Part shown: positions 27,590 through 32,000 of the stretch, piece after piece
How the letters are laid out: each line of letters opens with the position of its first letter
How positions within the stretch are numbered: position 1 is the first letter of the stretch
Origin: Mycolicibacterium smegmatis
GTDB taxonomy: Bacteria; Actinomycetota; Actinomycetes; Mycobacteriales; Mycobacteriaceae
DNA: 32,000 nucleotides
Assembly: GCF_001457595.1 (NCBI RefSeq)
Contig: NZ_LN831039.1
Span: 4,650,001 to 4,682,000, forward strand
Direction of reading: 5' to 3'
Program-made: the position numbers and the translations under genes
The notes under the pieces: generated by a model
What the model was told of the DNA's origin: nothing
Seen by the model: the letters and a program-made list of their open reading frames with translations, nothing else
The model's database searches: none

Positions 27590-29263
27590 TTACTGCTGCT
27601 GCTGTTGCTGCTGGGACGAGTTGTCTGCGGCGCTGTCGGCCTTGGGGCCTCTGCCCGACTTGGGCAGTGCCCGCACCACTTCGGCGGCCGCGAGCTCGCG
27701 GTCGGCGACCGAGGCCCGCGAGGCCAACACCCAGGTGTCTTTGGAACCGCCGCCCTGGCTGGAGTTCACCACCAGGGAGTTCTCAGGCAGCGCCACGCGG
27801 GTCAGCCCACCCGGCAGCACCCACACGTCGTTGCCGTCGTTGACCGCGAACGGGCGCAGGTCGACGTGGCGCGGAACCAGCTTGTTGTCGATCTGCGTCG
27901 GCACGGTCGACAACTGCATCACCGGTTGGGCGATCCAGGCGCGGGGATCGTTGCGGATCTTCTTGGCGATCGTGGTGAGTTCCTTGGGCGTCGCGTCCGG
28001 GCCGAACACGATGCCGTAACCGCCGGAGCCCTCCACGGGTTTGATGACGAGCTCCTCGATGCGGTCGAGAACCTCCTCGCGCTCGTCGTCGAGCCAGCAG
28101 CGGTAGGTGTCGACGTTGGCCAGCACGGGTTTCTCACCGAGGTAGTACTCGATGATGGTCGGCACGTAGGTGTAGACGAGCTTGTCGTCGCCGACACCGT
28201 TGCCGACCGCGCTGGAGATCACCACGTTGCCTGCGCGCGCGGCGTTGAGCAGACCCGCGACGCCGAGCACCGAATCCGGGCGGAACTGCATCGGGTCGAG
28301 GAACGCGTCATCGATGCGGCGGTAGATGACGTCGACCTGGCGCTCCCCCTCGGTGGTGCGCATGTAGACGACGTTGTCGCGGCAGAACAGGTCGCGGCCC
28401 TCGACGAGTTCGACGCCCATCTGCCGCGCCAGCAGCGAGTGCTCGAAGTACGCAGAGTTGTAGACGCCGGGGGTGAGCACGACGACCGTGGGATCGGCCA
28501 CGTTGGTGGGGGCCGCGTTGCGCAGCGCCCTCAGCAGGTGCGACGCATAGTCGCCGACGGCGCGCACCCGGTGCGTGGCGAACAGGTTCGGGAAGACCCG
28601 GGCCATGGTGCGCCGGTTCTCCATCACGTAGGACACTCCCGACGGAGACCGCAGGTTGTCCTCCAGCACCCGGAAGTCGCCCTTGTCGTCGCGGATCAGG
28701 TCGATGCCCGCGACGTGGATGCGCACCCCGTTGGGCGGGACGATGCCCGCGGCCTCACGGTGGAAGTGTTCACACGACGTCACCAGCCGGCGCGGGATCA
28801 CGCCGTCCCGCAGGATCTCCTGCTCGCCGTAGATGTCGTCGAGATACATCTCGAGGGCTTTGACGCGTTGCCGGATGCCGCGCTCAAGACGCGACCATTC
28901 GGCCGCCGAGATCACCCGCGGAACGAGGTCGAGCGGGAAGGGGCGCTCCTGGCCGGACAGCGAGAACGTGATGCCTTGGTCGGTGAAGGCGCGGCCGAGC
29001 GCGTCGGCGCGAGCCTGCAACTCCGACGCGTCGGTGGGAGCGAGCTCGGCGAAGATGCCCTTGTACGGTCCGCGGACGTTGCCGGACGCGTCGAACATCT
29101 CGTCGAACGCCTTCGCGTAGTGACCCAGTTTGTTGTAGCCGTCGAACACGCCCCGCTGTTTGACGCGCGCGCTGCTCCCGGTGGCGTTGCGCGATGACCG
29201 CGCCGTCTCGGTCGGCAAGACTTTCTCGGCTCCTCGTGCTCGGGTGCGGGTTGGGGCGTCCAT
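27590..29263 (-). CDS. Circularly permuted type 2 ATP-grasp protein (Rv2411c-like)
   Basis: FRVLEDNLRSPSGVSYVMENRRTMARVFP, VVLTPGVYNSAYFEHSLLARQMGVELVEGRDL, KPVEGSGGYGIVFGPDA; C-terminal poly-Gln. Exact start uncertain (ATG 29263 used). Confidence 0.92.
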   Translation of the reverse strand: MDAPTRTRARGAEKVLPTETARSSRNATGSSARVKQRGVFDGYNKLGHYAKAFDEMFDASGNVRGPYKGIFAELAPTDASELQARADALGRAFTDQGITFSLSGQERPFPLDLVPRVISAAEWSRLERGIRQRVKALEMYLDDIYGEQEILRDGVIPRRLVTSCEHFHREAAGIVPPNGVRIHVAGIDLIRDDKGDFRVLEDNLRSPSGVSYVMENRRTMARVFPNLFATHRVRAVGDYASHLLRALRNAAPTNVADPTVVVLTPGVYNSAYFEHSLLARQMGVELVEGRDLFCRDNVVYMRTTEGERQVDVIYRRIDDAFLDPMQFRPDSVLGVAGLLNAARAGNVVISSAVGNGVGDDKLVYTYVPTIIEYYLGEKPVLANVDTYRCWLDDEREEVLDRIEELVIKPVEGSGGYGIVFGPDATPKELTTIAKKIRNDPRAWIAQPVMQLSTVPTQIDNKLVPRHVDLRPFAVNDGNDVWVLPGGLTRVALPENSLVVNSSQGGGSKDTWVLASRASVADRELAAAEVVRALPKSGRGPKADSAADNSSQQQQQQQ

Positions 29264-29503
29264 CCACACATGCTGCACCACCCGTGACGTTTTTGCCCGG
29301 CCAACGCAAACCGCGTTTCGGCAGGCCAACGCGGGGTTGCGGTGGTACTACAGTCAGGCGTAGGTATGCCCACTTGCGGCCTCGGCAATCGCTCTTTTGG
29401 GGGTTCGGGGCCCTCACTGGTACCCTGAACAGTCGCTGCCCACAGTGCGGGCGGACCCACAGACTTCGGTAACCCCAGCTAGAGATTCAGAAGGAACTTC
29501 TTC

Positions 29504-29764
29504 GTGGCCAACATCAAGTCGCAGATCAAGCGCATCCGCACCAACGAGCGTCGTCGCCTGCGTAACCAGTCGGTGAAGTCGTCGCTGCGTACGGCGATCC
29601 GTGGCTTCCGCGAGGCCGTCGACGCCGGCGACAAGGACAAGGCATCCGAGTTGCTACACGCCACCAGCCGCAAGCTGGACAAGGCCGCCAGCAAGGGTGT
29701 CATCCACCCGAACCAGGCCGCCAACAAGAAGTCGGCGCTGGCCCTGGCCCTCAACAAGCTCTGA
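29504..29764 (+). CDS. rpsT: 30S ribosomal protein S20
   Basis: [86 protein letters not shown]; GTG start. Confidence 0.98.
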
Positions 29765-29779
29765 TCAGTCTCTGATCAA

Positions 29780-29809
29780 CCCACCGCTCGTCGCGAGCGG
29801 TGGGTTTTT
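29780..29809 (+). terminator. Rho-independent terminator downstream of rpsT
   Basis: CCCACCGCTCG (29780-29790) TCG loop CGAGCGGTGGG (29794-29804) followed by TTTTT (29805-29809). Confidence 0.93.
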
Positions 29810-29832
29810 CTGACCCTCCAGCTCTTCGGGTT

Positions 29833-30792
29833 CTAACCGGCAGCGAGCTGCGCCACCCGGCGCACCGCCGCCTCCAGGGCGTAGTCCGCGTCAGCGGCTA
29901 CGCCCTTCACGTCTGCGTTGAGCGCCGCCACCACTTTCATGGCCTCCGCGACGGATTCCCGCGACCAGCGCCGCGACTGCTTCTGCGCCTTCTGCACGCG
30001 CCACGGCGGCATTCCCAGCTCACCGGCCAGCCGGTACGGATCACCCGACAGCGGCCCGACCCGCGCGATCGTGTGCACGGCCTCGGCCAGCGCATCGGCC
30101 AGCACCACGTGCGGCTCCCCCGCCAGCATCGCCCAGCGCAGCGCCTCGGCCGCCCCGGCCACATCCCCCACCACCGCCTTGTCGGCGATGTCGAAGCCCT
30201 TCACCTCGGCCTTTCCGCTGTGATAGCGGCGCACCGCCGCGGCGTCGACCTCACCCGCGGTGTCGGCGACCAGTTGGGAACACACCGCGGCCAGTTCGCG
30301 GATGTTGGAGCCGACCGCGTCGAGCACTGCCGAGACCGTGTCCTCGGATACCTTGGCGCGCAGTCTGCGGAACTCGGAGCGGACGAAGTCCGCACGCTCG
30401 GCCGGCTTGGTGATGCGGGCGCACGGATGGACCTCGGCGCCCAGCTTCTTGAGCTGATCAGCCAGCGCCTTGGCGCGGCCACCCCCGGAGTGGATGACCA
30501 CCAGCACGGTCCCGGGCGGCAGATCGGCAGCCGCCGACGCGATGAGGGCGACGGCGTCCTTGCCCGCCTCGGCGGCGGCCTCGAGCACGACCAGACGCTC
30601 CTCGGCGAACAGCGACGGGCTGAGCAGTTCGGCGAGCTCACTGGTGCTCACCTCACCCGCGCGCAGGCGGTCCACCGGCACGTCGTCGGAACCGGCACGC
30701 TTGCGGATGTCGCGCAGGATGGCGCCCACGGCGCGCTCCACCAACAGTTCCTCGTCGCCAAGCACCAAGTGCAGCCCGTCGGTCACGCCCAT
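29833..30792 (-). CDS. holA: DNA polymerase III subunit delta
   Basis: [25 protein letters not shown]..., [47 protein letters not shown]; position between rpsT and comEC. Confidence 0.94.
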   Translation of the reverse strand: MGVTDGLHLVLGDEELLVERAVGAILRDIRKRAGSDDVPVDRLRAGEVSTSELAELLSPSLFAEERLVVLEAAAEAGKDAVALIASAAADLPPGTVLVVIHSGGGRAKALADQLKKLGAEVHPCARITKPAERADFVRSEFRRLRAKVSEDTVSAVLDAVGSNIRELAAVCSQLVADTAGEVDAAAVRRYHSGKAEVKGFDIADKAVVGDVAGAAEALRWAMLAGEPHVVLADALAEAVHTIARVGPLSGDPYRLAGELGMPPWRVQKAQKQSRRWSRESVAEAMKVVAALNADVKGVAADADYALEAAVRRVAQLAAG

Positions 30793-30799
30793 GATGGTG

Positions 30800-32000
30800 T
30801 CATGTCGGCCCGACAGCGCCGACAACCTGGCCCGCCACCGTCCAGGCCAGCATCACGACGGCCGCGCCCGCGACCGCCCGGCGCACCCAGCGGCTGCGCC
30901 ACAGCACCGTCAGAGTGACGCCCGAGATCGCGACGAGCAGTACGCCGGCCCATCCGGACGGCGTCGGAACGGTCGCCGCGGGCATCCCCGACGCCCACCG
31001 CGCAACCGACAACAACCACCACACCTCGGGACCGGTGAACCGGATCAGCAGCCCCGCGCCGGCCGGCCACACCGCCGCCAGGGCCGCGGCCGCGGTCCCC
31101 AGCACGGTGATCGGCGGAATCACTCCCACCACCGCCAGATTGGCCGCGACGGCCACGACACTGAAGCGCCCGGAGATCCCCGCGACGAGCGGTGCGGTGA
31201 CCAACTGCGCCGCGGCCGCGACGCTGACGGCCGCGGCCAGTGTGCTGGGCCAGCCGCGGGCCTCCAGGCGGCGCGCCCACACCGGTGCGATGACGACGAT
31301 GGCTGCCGTGGCGCACACCGACAACGCGAAGCCGACGTCGACAGCGAGTTCGGGGGCGGCGGCCATCAGCACCAGCACACTGGCGGCCAGCGCCGGAATG
31401 GCCTGGCGCCGCCGGTGCGTCACGATCGCGAGCAGCGTCACCGCACCCATGACCGCGGAGCGGAGCACGCTGGCCGACGGCTGTACCACGATGACGAACG
31501 CGACAAGGCCCACCAGGGCCAGGCCGACCGCGATGCGCGGACCCACCAACGCCGCGGACAGCAACAGGGCTCCGCACACGATGGTCACGTTGGCGCCGGA
31601 CACCGCGGTCAGATGGGTCAAACCGCTCGAGCGGAACTCGGCCGTGGTCTGGGTGCTGACCGTGCTGGTGTCCCCGAGGACCAGGCCCGGCAGGATCGCG
31701 GCCTGATCGGCGGGCAGGACCAGACGAGCCGTCTCGGCGAACGACGTCCGGATGCGTTGTGCGCCACGCTGAATTGCCGGTGCCTCACCGATCGTCGGAT
31801 CACCGCGCGCCGAGAGGGCCGCGACCGTCAGATCGGCCCTGGTCGGCCGCGACAGCGTGGCGCGGAACCCGACCGGGCTGCCGGGTGTGAGTGCACCGAA
31901 ACGGCTCGACGCGAACACCATCACGCGTCCGGAGACCGGGGCGCCGTCGAGTTCGGTGAGTGCGGCCCGGAACATCAGGCGGTTGCCGCGGGTCGGCCGT
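30800..32000 (-). CDS. comEC: ComEC/Rec2 family competence protein (partial, N-terminus beyond right edge)
   Basis: [26 protein letters not shown] (ComEC motif), [20 protein letters not shown], multiple TM segments; frame open upstream of M31975 to the window end. Confidence 0.9.
   Translation of the reverse strand, partial: RPTRGNRLMFRAALTELDGAPVSGRVMVFASSRFGALTPGSPVGFRATLSRPTRADLTVAALSARGDPTIGEAPAIQRGAQRIRTSFAETARLVLPADQAAILPGLVLGDTSTVSTQTTAEFRSSGLTHLTAVSGANVTIVCGALLLSAALVGPRIAVGLALVGLVAFVIVVQPSASVLRSAVMGAVTLLAIVTHRRRQAIPALAASVLVLMAAAPELAVDVGFALSVCATAAIVVIAPVWARRLEARGWPSTLAAAVSVAAAAQLVTAPLVAGISGRFSVVAVAANLAVVGVIPPITVLGTAAAALAAVWPAGAGLLIRFTGPEVWWLLSVARWASGMPAATVPTPSGWAGVLLVAISGVTLTVLWRSRWVRRAVAGAAVVMLAWTVAGQVVGAVGPT

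Noticed and set aside
27197-29197. 666-aa plus-strand ORF antisense to the ATP-grasp gene (and similar long antisense ORFs at 18218-19483, 25952-27031, 2181-3230, 29800-30918)
   Set aside because: Compositional shadow ORFs in very high-GC DNA; His/Arg/Gly-rich low-complexity translations without recognisable domains, opposite strongly supported genes.
1-32000. CRISPR arrays, toxin-antitoxin, restriction-modification, retron or other defence modules, tRNAs, IS elements
   Set aside because: No regularly spaced repeats, no transposase/integrase, no recognisable defence or tRNA features found on reading both strands.

Overview
High-GC actinobacterial (mycobacterial-type) chromosomal segment. The edges look like conserved mycobacterial core: an RNase Z-like MBL hydrolase on the left; transglutaminase-like / alpha-E / circularly permuted ATP-grasp genes, rpsT, holA and comEC on the right. 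From memory of the M. tuberculosis gene order (Rv2407, Rv2409c-Rv2414c), these blocks are nearly adjacent there. Here they are separated by about 24 kb (about 1.84-25.77 kb) of densely packed catabolic genes. The insert contains two PucR/CdaR-type regulators, a NodB-fold deacetylase, a sugar epimerase, an SDR, an APC permease, a creatininase-family amidohydrolase, an agmatinase-like ureohydrolase, two ACMSD-like amidohydrolases flanking two Gfo/Idh/MocA dehydrogenases, an Ldh-family oxidoreductase, an FAH-family protein, a nitrate/taurine-type ABC importer, an LLM flavin-dependent monooxygenase, a carboxymuconolactone-decarboxylase-like protein, an alpha/beta hydrolase, a third Gfo/Idh/MocA dehydrogenase, and an unusual flavin reductase fused to a GntR/FCD-like module. 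The best novelty candidate is this island as an uncharacterised catabolic pathway, possibly for a guanidino/amide-bearing cyclic compound. The substrate is inference only. No tRNA, rRNA, CRISPR, transposase, integrase or clear defence system was seen.
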